This document shows, piece after piece, positions 18,787-28,289 of a stretch of 31,830 bases of DNA (the first letter of the stretch is position 1; each line of letters opens with the position of its first letter). A program made the position numbers and the translations under genes. The stretch comes from Rhodoferax sp. (GTDB lineage Bacteria > Pseudomonadota > Gammaproteobacteria > Burkholderiales > Burkholderiaceae_C): assembly GCA_031380235.1 (NCBI GenBank), contig JANNFW010000526.1, positions 1 to 31,830 of the forward strand. The letters run 5' to 3'. The notes under the pieces are model-generated. The model saw nothing but the letters and a program-made list of their open reading frames with translations, did no database searches and was not told the origin of the DNA.

Positions 18787-19836
18787 TTAGGCCATGGCGG
18801 TCCAGCGCTCGGCCTGATCCAGTGCGGGGTCGGTCTCTGACGCGCGGGCGCGGTCGCTCCATTGCGCATCTTGGGTAATTGCGCCGTGTAACACGGTGCG
18901 AAACATGGTGGCTTGGCGGGCATCGACTCGGCCCAGGTCGGCATGCTTAAAGTCGGCATAGGTCAGGTCGGCACCTACAAAAAGAGCGCCCGGCAACTTG
19001 GCGCCGGCAAAGTGGGTTTGATAGAGGTCGCAACCGCTGAAGTTGGCGTCGGCCAGGTTGGCCCCGGTGAACAGCGCCTGGCGCAGCTTGGCCTCGGAAA
19101 AATCAACCTCTTTGCCGCTGACCGCGCAGAAAATAGTCCCTGGCCCCACCGCCTTGACAAAGCGCGCCCCGTCGAGCTTGGCACCCTGGAAATTGCATTG
19201 CTTGAGCGCGATGCCGCTGAAATCGCAACCGCTTAAATCCGCTGCGGAAAACTGGCAGCCTTCGAGTTCCAGGCCCGCAAACGACATGCCTTGGAGCGAT
19301 GTTTTAAAGAACACATTGCGCAGCATGCGCGCGCCGCTCCACGTGAGGTGCGAAAGATCGCATTCGTTGACAGTGGTGTACTGCCAGCTGGTGTCGTCGG
19401 CACACACGTCAAGCAGCACCGACTGGCTGAACATGGCTCCATCCAATTGCGCACCGCGCAGCGTGGCATGGTCGAGCTTGCACTTGGACACCACAGCCAT
19501 CGTCAAGGCGGTTTGCGCCAGTTGTGCGTGGGCCAGGTCGCATTCGGTAAACACCGCCCCGTGCAGGTTGGCCTGGCGCAGGTCGGCATGGTCAAGCGTG
19601 CAGCGGTTAAATACCGCTTTGCGAAGGTTGGCCCCGCTGGCAATGACGGCACGCAGGTCGCACTGGTCAAACACCGTCTCGCGCATATCTGAGGCACGAA
19701 AGTCGGCTTCGGTGAAGTTGATTTTGCTGAACACGCCGCCGCCCAGCGGCAGTTGGGCATACGCGCCTTTGCGAAGGTCGAGGTTTTCGAGCGTCTCTCC
19801 GACGCTTACGGCAATACTCAATAGTTCGGGACTCAT
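18787..19836 (-). CDS. Pentapeptide-repeat protein (TagB-like)
   Basis: Nearly the whole 349 aa is A(D/N)LxX-type repeats (ADFRA, ANLRK, ADLRQ, ANLHG, ADLSG, ANLAD, ADLTY). Confidence 0.92.
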   Translation of the reverse strand: MSPELLSIAVSVGETLENLDLRKGAYAQLPLGGGVFSKINFTEADFRASDMRETVFDQCDLRAVIASGANLRKAVFNRCTLDHADLRQANLHGAVFTECDLAHAQLAQTALTMAVVSKCKLDHATLRGAQLDGAMFSQSVLLDVCADDTSWQYTTVNECDLSHLTWSGARMLRNVFFKTSLQGMSFAGLELEGCQFSAADLSGCDFSGIALKQCNFQGAKLDGARFVKAVGPGTIFCAVSGKEVDFSEAKLRQALFTGANLADANFSGCDLYQTHFAGAKLPGALFVGADLTYADFKHADLGRVDARQATMFRTVLHGAITQDAQWSDRARASETDPALDQAERWTAMA

Positions 19837-22439
19837 GGCACAGCCTGTTGTTCAGGGGTTAGGCGCGGCCAAGTGCGGGCGCGCGTGAGTAATGCGCCTT
19901 CCAACTGGGTGGAGCCGTCGAGCCGCACACGGCTGAGGTCGGCAGCAAAGAGATTGCTACGCCGCAGGTCAGTACCGCGCAGGTCGGCACCTTGCAATAC
20001 GGCGTCACTGAGGTTCACACCTGAAAGCAGGGCGTTGGCGCAGGCAGCCTTGCGCAACAGGGCACCTTTGGCGCTGGCCAGCCGCACATCGGCGCCGGCC
20101 AGTTGCACACCACTGAGGTTGGCGCTATCCAACACCGCACGCACCAATTTGGAACCGCGCAAATCGCTGCCACCAAAGTTAAAGCCGCTCAGGTTGGCTT
20201 GGCTCAAATCAGCATCCGCCATACTGCTGTTTTGCACCGCGACGGCGCCTGCGCATTGCGCCGCCATCAGTTTGGCACCGTCGAGCTTGCAGGTCACAAA
20301 GTTTGCGTTGCCAAGCTTGGCGGCGCGCATGTCTACCCCTGATAAATTCGACTCGATGAAATTGCAGGCATCAAGATTTGCTTCGATCCAGCAAATGCCT
20401 TGCAGGTTGAGCTTGTAAAAAGTCTGGCCAGCCAAACTGGCACCCGACCAATCCGCAGGACCCCAGGTAGTTTCTAGTAAATTGGCCCGCGTGAACGTAG
20501 CACGCCGCATTTGCGTATTGGCAAAGGCGCAGTGCATCAGGGTGGCCGCAGTAAAGTCCGCGTCGTCGAACACGCCCCGTGTCAGCAGGGCCTTGCCGAG
20601 GTTGGCCTGGTTGAACTTGGTGCCAATGGCTACCACGCCTTCGAGCTTGGCATGGGCCAGCACCGTGCCTGTGAAGTTGGCGCCAGACAGGTTAGTGTTG
20701 GAAAAATCGGCGCTCTCCAACCAAGCGCCTGCAAAGTTCACACCGCGCAGATCAAGCCCTGAAAAGTTCGCACCAGTGAAATCGATGCCAGCGAACATCT
20801 TGATGCCTGCGGCCACTGCACGCGCCATTTCATCGCGCAGGGGCACGGCCTCTTCGGGGGCCATGGCAAATGCAGGGGGCTGCATGTGCGCCGACTGCAG
20901 ATAGCCAGCGCGGTGGGCATCTTCGATTTGGCACAGCTTAGGGTACAAGGGCGCCAAATCTAGCGGCTTGGTGCCCATCGCAACCTGGGCTCGCATTTGG
21001 GCCAGATTCTGATCGGGGTTGTAGTTGGGCGGACCACGGTGCTGCACCTTGGCCAGGTCGATTTTGTTGGCATCGGCAAAGGCAATGGCCCGCTCCAGCG
21101 CCGTCACTGCATCTTCCACGGCGGCCCACTGCGCCGCTTCAGCTTCTTTGAATTTTTTTTCGAGGTAGGGTGGCAGGGCATCACCCGTGGGCACCTTGTC
21201 GCGCCGCGGCATTTTGATGCCCAGCGCATCGGGGTCTTGCCCCTGCGCGGTCGCCTTGTCGCGCGCCAACTCCACATCGATCTGTGCGCGGCGGTATTGC
21301 GCTTCGCCTTGAAGGCCTTCCATGGCGAAGGGCTCTTTAGCAGCCTCTACATCGGGGTCGGCGGTGCTGGCGCCTTCAGGCAATAAATCGTTGTCGATGA
21401 TGGCGTAGATGGCACCCATCTTGGGGTCGGCGCGTTTGGCGGCGGCGTCCAAGTAATGCGCATCCGGCTTTTTGTCCCCGTTGCGCTCAACAGCGCCCAT
21501 CAGGCTCACGATGTCGGAGCCGTCGTCAGTGTCGGTTTCGGCCAACCCTTGAAAAATAGCGATGCAGCGCAGCGCATGCGGAAAGAACCACACCGTGGTC
21601 AAACGCAACGGCACTTCGCGAAGTTTGGGTTCGCCCTGCGGCATCTGGTAACCTGCAAACACGCGGGCTGCAAAGCCCGGCAAACGCCCTTCAACCAGGG
21701 CTTGGCTGGGGTGCATGTTTTCAAATGCAAACGATTCGGTGCCGCTCAGCGCACCGCCCATCCACTGGTCGGGCGGCGCCAGGTTGAAGTAGCGCCAGTC
21801 GGTGTCGGGCGCAAAACCGGGGGAGTGTTGCTTGAGGTAATCGGCGTCATAGGTACCCCGGTACTGAGCCCGATGCGGGTGCACCGCATCGAACGCTCCA
21901 AAGCCGGCCGGGGCAACAGCTTGGTCAGGCCGCAGCAGGCGGTCATGCGGCAACTCGGTGTTGGGCAGCCAGGTAATGCCTTCCTTGGTTTGCCGACCAC
22001 GGCCCAGACTGTTGGGTTCAAAATCTGAGCCGCCGTAGGCTGCCGACCAATCGAGTGGCATCGACTCAAAGGGCCTGGGTGAGCTGGCCTTTTTGCCGTC
22101 CCAGTAGCGATCACCAAATACCAGCAGGGTTTTTTCTACAGCGCCAAAGCGGGCGCGCACAGCGCAGGCATTGGGAACGGCATGGGTTCGGTCTTTGGGT
22201 AAAAAAGCTTGGCCGTGCACCAAAAATTCGGGCGTGAGCTTGGCCACACCTTCGTCAATCAGCGGCTGCACCATTTCTTTGGCAAGGAAGGCCCACATTG
22301 ACTGTTCGGCCCACAAGGCACCGCGCTCACCCTGCTCAAACGGCAGGTGCAGGTAGGCGCTGATGGATAGGCCAAAGCGCTTGCGAAACTCAATGGGCCG
22401 GGTGGACAGGCCTAGCGCTTGTGGTTTAACAACTTGCAT
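19833..22439 (-). CDS. DUF2169 adaptor fused to C-terminal pentapeptide repeats (TagAB-like)
   Basis: N-terminal DUF2169 motifs (KTLLVFGDRYW, PLDWSAAYGG, PAGFG, RAQYRGTYD..YL, YFNLAPPDQW, LEGRLPG-like VEGRLPG); about 300 C-terminal residues of pentapeptide repeats; directly downstream of vgrG. Confidence 0.92.
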   Translation of the reverse strand: MQVVKPQALGLSTRPIEFRKRFGLSISAYLHLPFEQGERGALWAEQSMWAFLAKEMVQPLIDEGVAKLTPEFLVHGQAFLPKDRTHAVPNACAVRARFGAVEKTLLVFGDRYWDGKKASSPRPFESMPLDWSAAYGGSDFEPNSLGRGRQTKEGITWLPNTELPHDRLLRPDQAVAPAGFGAFDAVHPHRAQYRGTYDADYLKQHSPGFAPDTDWRYFNLAPPDQWMGGALSGTESFAFENMHPSQALVEGRLPGFAARVFAGYQMPQGEPKLREVPLRLTTVWFFPHALRCIAIFQGLAETDTDDGSDIVSLMGAVERNGDKKPDAHYLDAAAKRADPKMGAIYAIIDNDLLPEGASTADPDVEAAKEPFAMEGLQGEAQYRRAQIDVELARDKATAQGQDPDALGIKMPRRDKVPTGDALPPYLEKKFKEAEAAQWAAVEDAVTALERAIAFADANKIDLAKVQHRGPPNYNPDQNLAQMRAQVAMGTKPLDLAPLYPKLCQIEDAHRAGYLQSAHMQPPAFAMAPEEAVPLRDEMARAVAAGIKMFAGIDFTGANFSGLDLRGVNFAGAWLESADFSNTNLSGANFTGTVLAHAKLEGVVAIGTKFNQANLGKALLTRGVFDDADFTAATLMHCAFANTQMRRATFTRANLLETTWGPADWSGASLAGQTFYKLNLQGICWIEANLDACNFIESNLSGVDMRAAKLGNANFVTCKLDGAKLMAAQCAGAVAVQNSSMADADLSQANLSGFNFGGSDLRGSKLVRAVLDSANLSGVQLAGADVRLASAKGALLRKAACANALLSGVNLSDAVLQGADLRGTDLRRSNLFAADLSRVRLDGSTQLEGALLTRARTWPRLTPEQQAVP

Positions 22440-22454
22440 GGCTGCTTGAAACCA

Positions 22455-25316
22455 TCAAGAACCACTACCTGTGGGTGGGCGGAACGGTTGGGACGGCTCC
22501 ACCTGCCCATCGGCGGGTGCTGGAGCGGCCGCAGTGCCATCGGCATTGGGCGCAGTTCCATCCCCAAGTTTCTCTCCACCTGTCTTCAGGCCCTTTACCG
22601 CTACGATCCCCTCGCCCAAAGCAATGGCTGCCGTGCCCAGCACCGGGATCGCTCCAATGATGCCCTCGATACGGCGATTGCGCGTGACCCTTGCGAGCGA
22701 CGACAACCGGCCCGCAAGCCCCGGCAACCCAGCCTGCTCGGCTTCCTTGGCTGCGGTGTCGAGCGCAGTGGCTGCGTCGGCATATTGTTGCAATGTTGCC
22801 CTTACGCCAGCCGCTGCGCTGGCACCCCCTGCAACGGCGCTCAGAAACCCGGCCACGGCAGCACCGCCCGCGCCACCCGCGCCCGCACCCGGCGTAAACG
22901 TATGCAGCGCTGCCTGCTTCACTTCCATCGGAAAGGCCTGAATTTCAGGCGCAGCACCCAAAGAGAGTTTGACCCCCAGCGCGGTCTCAATCGCAACACC
23001 AACGAAATTGGACATGGATAGCGCCAACGCATTGTCGATGCTCATGCCTATGAAGGTGGAGCTCGTCATGCCCAGGTTGGCTTCGCTGTTGTTGCCGATG
23101 TAGCCACTGGTGTTGGGGCCAAGCACCGTGGTGTTGGAACCAATGGACGTGTTGTCGATGCTGCCCACCGCCATCAGCTCGATGCCGGTGTTGCTCATCA
23201 ACTTAATTTTATTGGCCATCAGGTGCAGCGGGCCAGTGGGCACCGTGATGTATTTGGAGCTGGCACCGGTGACCATCCAATCGATATGGCCCGCCTCAAA
23301 ACTCATGGAGGCAGCTTTGTAGCTGAGCTTGCCGCTGACGGTGACGGTTTGATTGCCGATGACGCTGCGGGTCTCACCAGCCTTGGAAACATCAGATCGG
23401 GCGCCGACGACGGTCGTAGTTTGCGTGCCGGAGACGGTTAGGGCATCGTTGGCATCCATAAAGCTGTCGCGATTGCCCACGACCTGGTTGTTTTGCTTGC
23501 CTTTGACGGTATTTTTTTGGTCCACGACCACCATATTGGTGTCGTTGCGCGTTACCGTGCTTTTGCGGTCGCGGTCTACATGGTTGGTTTGGTCGCGTTT
23601 GACTGTGGTCGACTGGTCGCGGTCTACGGAGGTCGATTGGTCGTTTTCGACCGACGTACTCATGTCTTTCTCAGCATGGATATTGATGTTCTCTGCCCCC
23701 TTCTTGTCCTCAAACATGATTTCGTTGTAATTGGCAGGCGTGCCACCGGGCGTTGATCGCGTCTTGAAGCCGCTTTGGGTCCCGGAGGCCTTGTAGGGAA
23801 TCGGTTGTTCGTTGTTGTACAGGCGCCCGGTGATGACGGGCCGATCCGGGTCGCCGTTCAAGAAATCAACAATCACCTCCTGACCGATACGCGGCGTGAA
23901 ATAACCACCCCAGCCTTTGCCGGCCCACGGCTGCGACACCCGCACCCAGGCAGTAGATTTGTCATCATTGGTGCCATAGCGGTCCCAGTGAAACTGCACC
24001 TTGACGCGGCCGAACTCATCCACGTCAATCTCTTTGCCGGCAGCACCCACCACGATGGCTGACTGCGGACCAGGCATGACAACGCCGGGGGTGAGCCGGG
24101 CAGGCCGGTATGGTTGCTTTGACGGGATGACGGTTAGCAAAAACGAGCTGGTGCCACGCACGCCTGTACGCAGGCTCGGGGTGGTTTCTACGATGTGTTC
24201 AATCGTGTCGAGCGTTTGCACGTTGATGGCATCGTCATTCAGCGCCTCGTGCAGCACTTTCATGATGGACACGCTGCTTACGGTGGAATTGACGCCTTCA
24301 TAACCCGGATGACTCATGACAAACGTGCAGCCCGCAATTAGGTAGTCGCCATCGCAGATTCCGTCCGGGTCCCCTTCAAAGGTGAAGGTACTGCCCACCG
24401 CGACGTCGGGCCAGCCGGTGACCGCCCAGTGGCGCTGCCGGCGCGCCGCCAACTCGTCACCCCGGATTTTGGCGCTGACCTCGGCGTCTTCGCTGTTGAA
24501 GTAGCCCGCTGGAGACTCAAACATTTCAAAATCGGCCAGGTCGTGCTCTTCGGCCGCGTTGATCGTGGCACCGATTTTTTTGCGGATGGTTTTAAAGTTG
24601 CTGTCGGAACCCGCATGATGGCCCGTGTCCAGCCGGTCAGCACTGACCCAGCGCACAATCTCGTTGAAACGGCCATTACCCAATCCGTCACGGGTGTGGC
24701 GCAAAGTGCCCTGTGCGGGCAACTCTGCATGCGCGATGTCGCTGCTGTCAGACAGGTACATAGTGCCGGGTTTGTCGTGCCCGTCAAACCAGTAGTAAAC
24801 GCCTTCTTCTTCCAGTAAATGGGACAAAAACTGGTAGTCGCTCTCAGCGTGCTGCACGCAGTACCGACGTGGGTTGTGCTTGCCCGTCACATTGTCAACA
24901 TTGGTTTTTTTGAACCGCTTGATGGGGCTGTCTTCAAACACCGCATCAGCAACTTCCAGAACGGTTTTTTCCTGGTAGATGCGTGCATTGGTGCGGCGCG
25001 TCAGCAGCCAAAACCAGGAACGCAAGCTGATGTGGTATTGAAAATACCGGCTTCCCACGGGGCCCCCGCGCACAATGCGCACGGCATGGCCCTGAAAATG
25101 CCGCTCATGGCTTTCATCCTGGGCGTCCATGAAATAGGCACCCACGTTAAAGGCCTTGCCTAGGATATCTTTGGGATCGATCTGGCGATCCCTTGAGAGC
25201 ACGGTCAGTTCGTAGAAGGACGGTCGCGACAGCCCCTCGTGGCCGACGATGCTCCAAAACATGAGTTCACCGTTAACTGGCGAGTCGCTTTTGATGTCGA
25301 AGGCATGATCGGGCAT
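22455..25316 (-). CDS. vgrG: VgrG spike protein with C-terminal extension (953 aa)
   Basis: EGLSRPSFY.L.V, YCVQHAESDYQFLSHLLEEEG.YYWF, PGPQSAIVVG, DEFGRVKVQFHWDR, WVRVSQPWAGKGWG, PRIGQEVIVDFLNGDPDRP, NEIMFEDKKGAE.I.IHAEKDM, 8-residue gp5-like repeats, then an extra Gly/Ala-rich hydrophobic tail. Confidence 0.97.
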   Translation of the reverse strand: MPDHAFDIKSDSPVNGELMFWSIVGHEGLSRPSFYELTVLSRDRQIDPKDILGKAFNVGAYFMDAQDESHERHFQGHAVRIVRGGPVGSRYFQYHISLRSWFWLLTRRTNARIYQEKTVLEVADAVFEDSPIKRFKKTNVDNVTGKHNPRRYCVQHAESDYQFLSHLLEEEGVYYWFDGHDKPGTMYLSDSSDIAHAELPAQGTLRHTRDGLGNGRFNEIVRWVSADRLDTGHHAGSDSNFKTIRKKIGATINAAEEHDLADFEMFESPAGYFNSEDAEVSAKIRGDELAARRQRHWAVTGWPDVAVGSTFTFEGDPDGICDGDYLIAGCTFVMSHPGYEGVNSTVSSVSIMKVLHEALNDDAINVQTLDTIEHIVETTPSLRTGVRGTSSFLLTVIPSKQPYRPARLTPGVVMPGPQSAIVVGAAGKEIDVDEFGRVKVQFHWDRYGTNDDKSTAWVRVSQPWAGKGWGGYFTPRIGQEVIVDFLNGDPDRPVITGRLYNNEQPIPYKASGTQSGFKTRSTPGGTPANYNEIMFEDKKGAENINIHAEKDMSTSVENDQSTSVDRDQSTTVKRDQTNHVDRDRKSTVTRNDTNMVVVDQKNTVKGKQNNQVVGNRDSFMDANDALTVSGTQTTTVVGARSDVSKAGETRSVIGNQTVTVSGKLSYKAASMSFEAGHIDWMVTGASSKYITVPTGPLHLMANKIKLMSNTGIELMAVGSIDNTSIGSNTTVLGPNTSGYIGNNSEANLGMTSSTFIGMSIDNALALSMSNFVGVAIETALGVKLSLGAAPEIQAFPMEVKQAALHTFTPGAGAGGAGGAAVAGFLSAVAGGASAAAGVRATLQQYADAATALDTAAKEAEQAGLPGLAGRLSSLARVTRNRRIEGIIGAIPVLGTAAIALGEGIVAVKGLKTGGEKLGDGTAPNADGTAAAPAPADGQVEPSQPFRPPTGSGS

Positions 25317-25445
25317 GGAGTGTCTCGCACAAAGTGTCTCGTTTACCTACTGGTTTGAAGACAAATAGGCATCAAAAGGTCGGAACCATCGTCGACTGGG
25401 GCGTGGACCAAGCGATTTTCGGTGCACCGCGACATGCTCGAAGAA

Positions 25446-28238
25446 TCAGTCAAACGCATAAGTAAAGTCGCTGTCCTTCACGTCCAGTGCGACACGCTTG
25501 ATTTCACCCCCAGCGGCGAGTCTTTGCAGGTACTCGACAGAGATGGTGGGCAACACAGTGTTGGTCAGGATGGAATCGATGACGCGGCCACCGGCCTCGG
25601 GGTCCTGGCAGCGTGAGACGACCAGACTGACTACGCCATCAGTAAACTCGAAGGGCACGCCATGGTTGGCTTCGACACGTTTTTTGATGCGCCCTAGCTG
25701 GAGGCGCACGATCTTGCCCATCATCTCGGGTGACAGAGGGTAGTAAGGGATGGATACGATGCGACCCAGCAGCGCGGGGGGAAAGACCTTCATCAGCGGG
25801 GCTTTGAGGGCCTCGGCCAGGCTGTGCGGGTCGGGCAACAGCTCGTGGTCGCGGCACATGCTCATCACCAGCTCGCTGCCCGCGTTGGTGGTGAGCAGGA
25901 TGATGGTGTTTTTAAAGTCGATCATGCGGCCTTCGCCGTCTTCCATCCAGCCTTTGTCAAACACCTGGAAAAAGATTTCATGCACGTCGGGGTGGGCTTT
26001 TTCCACCTCGTCCAGCAGCACCACGCTGTAGGGGCGGCGGCGCACGGCTTCCGTCAAAATACCGCCTTCGCCATAGCCCACGTAGCCGGGCGGCGCGCCC
26101 TTGAGGGTGGAGACGGTGTGTGCCTCCTGAAACTCACTCATGTTGATGGTGATGATGTTTTGCTCGCCACCGTACAGCGCCTCGGCAAGTGCAAGCGCGG
26201 TCTCGGTTTTGCCGACGCCAGAAGTGCCGCACAGCATGAACACGCCAATGGGTTTTTGCGGGTTGTCCAGCCGGGCGCGGGATGTCTGGATGCGGCGCGC
26301 AATCATCTCCAGGCCGTGCTTTTGGCCGATGACCCGTTTGTTCAGCGTGTCGGCCAATTCCAGCACTGCCTGCACTTCGTTTTTGACCATGCGGCCCACC
26401 GGAATGCCAGTCCAGTCTGCCACCACCGAGGCTACGGCCTGCGCATCGACCGAGGCCAGGATAAGCGGTGACTCGCCTTGCAGCGTGGCTATTTTGTTTT
26501 GTAGCGCGTGCAGCTCAGTGAGCAGAGCCGCGCGCTGGGCAGCATCGGCATCGGTGGCCGCGATAGCGTCATTCGCACCACCAGAGCCCTCCGCAGCGCT
26601 CGCAAGACCTGTTGGAGCATCATTTGCGCCTCTAGCTCTCACATCTTGCGCATAAGTAGCTACTCTATTTGTAGCATCCACAGGTTGACTGCCTTTTCGC
26701 AACTGGGCGCGAATTTCCAGCAACCGGTCAACCATGACCTTTTCTTCTTGCCACCGGGCGTTGAGTTTGACGAGTTCATCGTTGGCGCTGGCCAGCAGCG
26801 TCTTCACGGCAGTGGCGCGTTTGGTCACGTCAATGCCAATGGACTCTTCGCGGCCAATAATCTCGTTCTCCGTGGTGAGCGCCTCAATGCGGCGCTGGCA
26901 GTCTTCCACTTCTGGCGGGGTTGCATGTTGCGACACGGCGACGCGGGCGCAAGCGGTGTCCAGCAGGCTGACTGCTTTGTCGGGCAACTGGCGGGCGGGG
27001 ATGTACCGATGCGACAGCTTGACGGCGGCCTCAATCGCTTCGTCCAGCAACTGCACACGATGGTGTTTTTCAAGCACACTGGCCACGCCGCGCAACATGA
27101 GGATGGCCTTGGTCTCATCGGGCTCAGGTATCTGCACCACCTGAAAGCGGCGGGTGAGGGCGGGGTCTTTTTCGATGTATTTTTTGTACTCGGCCCAGGT
27201 GGTGGCGCCGATGGTGCGCAAGTTGCCGCGTGCCAGGGCGGGCTTGAGCAGGTTGGCGGCATCGCCCGTGCCGGCTGCGCCGCCTGCCCCCACCAGCGTA
27301 TGAATTTCGTCGATGAACAAAATGATGGGTGTGGGCGAGCTTTGCACCTCGTCAATCACCTGGCGCAGGCGCTGCTCAAACTCGCCCTTCATGCTGGCCC
27401 CGGCTTGCAGCAGGCCAATGTCCAGCGTGAGCAGCTTGACGTCTTTGAGCTGCGGGGGCACGTCGCCCCTAGCCAAGCGCTGGGCAAAGCCTTCGACCAC
27501 CGCTGTTTTGCCCACACCGGCTTCGCCTGTGAGCAGAGGATTATTCTGGCGTCGACGCATCAATATATCCACAATCTGGCGGATTTCTTCATCGCGCCCG
27601 GTGATCGGGTCCATCTCGCCTTTTTTGGCTTTTTCGGTCAGGTCTACCGCAAACTTTTTAAGTGCATCGCCTTTGCCCATGGCAGCCGGGGCCATGGCGC
27701 CGCTGTCTTCGCCAGGGGTGCCGCTGCCCATGCCCGTGCCGTCTTGGGCGCGCATTTGCGCTTCGGGGGACGAGTCGCATATCTTGGCAAAATTCTCAGC
27801 CAAGTCTTCGGGCTTGATGCGTTCAAATTGTTTGGACATACCCAGCAGCGGGCTGCGCAGGCTCTGCGTTTTAAGCATACCCAATATGAGATAGCCGGTG
27901 CGCACCTGGGCTTCCCCAAACTGTAGCGTGGCGTAAGTCCACGCGCGTTCAATTGCGTTTTCTATATGTGGAGAAAAATCGCTAATAGCGGTCGCACCTC
28001 TTGGCAAGCGGTCCAGCGCCGTGGTCATATCTTTGGCCAGTATCGAAGCGTCAAGGCCGTAGTGCTGGATGATCTTGTGCAGGTCGGAGTCTGGTGTTTG
28101 CAGCAGCTGGGCAAACCAGTGTTCCAGCTCCACATACGGATTGCCTCGCATTTTGCAAAAAATGGTCGCACCTTCAATGGCTTTGTAGCCCAAAGCGTTG
28201 AGTTTGCCAAACAGTGCCGTGCGGCTGATTTCGCTCAT
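25446..28238 (-). CDS. clpV: T6SS AAA+ ATPase ClpV (TssH)
   Basis: Two Walker A motifs ([16 protein letters not shown]), Walker B motifs ([15 protein letters not shown]) and a ClpV-type N-terminus ([14 protein letters not shown]); start at the ATG at 28238 after a GGAGA RBS. Confidence 0.97.
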   Translation of the reverse strand: MSEISRTALFGKLNALGYKAIEGATIFCKMRGNPYVELEHWFAQLLQTPDSDLHKIIQHYGLDASILAKDMTTALDRLPRGATAISDFSPHIENAIERAWTYATLQFGEAQVRTGYLILGMLKTQSLRSPLLGMSKQFERIKPEDLAENFAKICDSSPEAQMRAQDGTGMGSGTPGEDSGAMAPAAMGKGDALKKFAVDLTEKAKKGEMDPITGRDEEIRQIVDILMRRRQNNPLLTGEAGVGKTAVVEGFAQRLARGDVPPQLKDVKLLTLDIGLLQAGASMKGEFEQRLRQVIDEVQSSPTPIILFIDEIHTLVGAGGAAGTGDAANLLKPALARGNLRTIGATTWAEYKKYIEKDPALTRRFQVVQIPEPDETKAILMLRGVASVLEKHHRVQLLDEAIEAAVKLSHRYIPARQLPDKAVSLLDTACARVAVSQHATPPEVEDCQRRIEALTTENEIIGREESIGIDVTKRATAVKTLLASANDELVKLNARWQEEKVMVDRLLEIRAQLRKGSQPVDATNRVATYAQDVRARGANDAPTGLASAAEGSGGANDAIAATDADAAQRAALLTELHALQNKIATLQGESPLILASVDAQAVASVVADWTGIPVGRMVKNEVQAVLELADTLNKRVIGQKHGLEMIARRIQTSRARLDNPQKPIGVFMLCGTSGVGKTETALALAEALYGGEQNIITINMSEFQEAHTVSTLKGAPPGYVGYGEGGILTEAVRRRPYSVVLLDEVEKAHPDVHEIFFQVFDKGWMEDGEGRMIDFKNTIILLTTNAGSELVMSMCRDHELLPDPHSLAEALKAPLMKVFPPALLGRIVSIPYYPLSPEMMGKIVRLQLGRIKKRVEANHGVPFEFTDGVVSLVVSRCQDPEAGGRVIDSILTNTVLPTISVEYLQRLAAGGEIKRVALDVKDSDFTYAFD
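26633..26675. repeat. Short interspersed repeat inserted in frame within clpV
   Basis: Gap-free alignment to 1168-1210; locally AT-rich with three AGA Arg codons; encodes [15 protein letters not shown]. Confidence 0.6.
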
Positions 28239-28289
28239 GTGGTCTCCAAGTATCAATGAACAAGACGAACACTCTGCTGTAACTTTGAA

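Noticed and set aside
23300-23660. 8-residue periodicity in VgrG (DQSTSVDR-DQSTTVKR-DQTNHVDR) and matching DNA-level near-repeats
   Set aside because: This is the ordinary gp5-type triple beta-helix repeat of VgrG, not a CRISPR array or new repeat.
25317-25445. Duplicated AGTGTCTCG upstream of vgrG
   Set aside because: Two 9-bp copies with no other support; could be chance.
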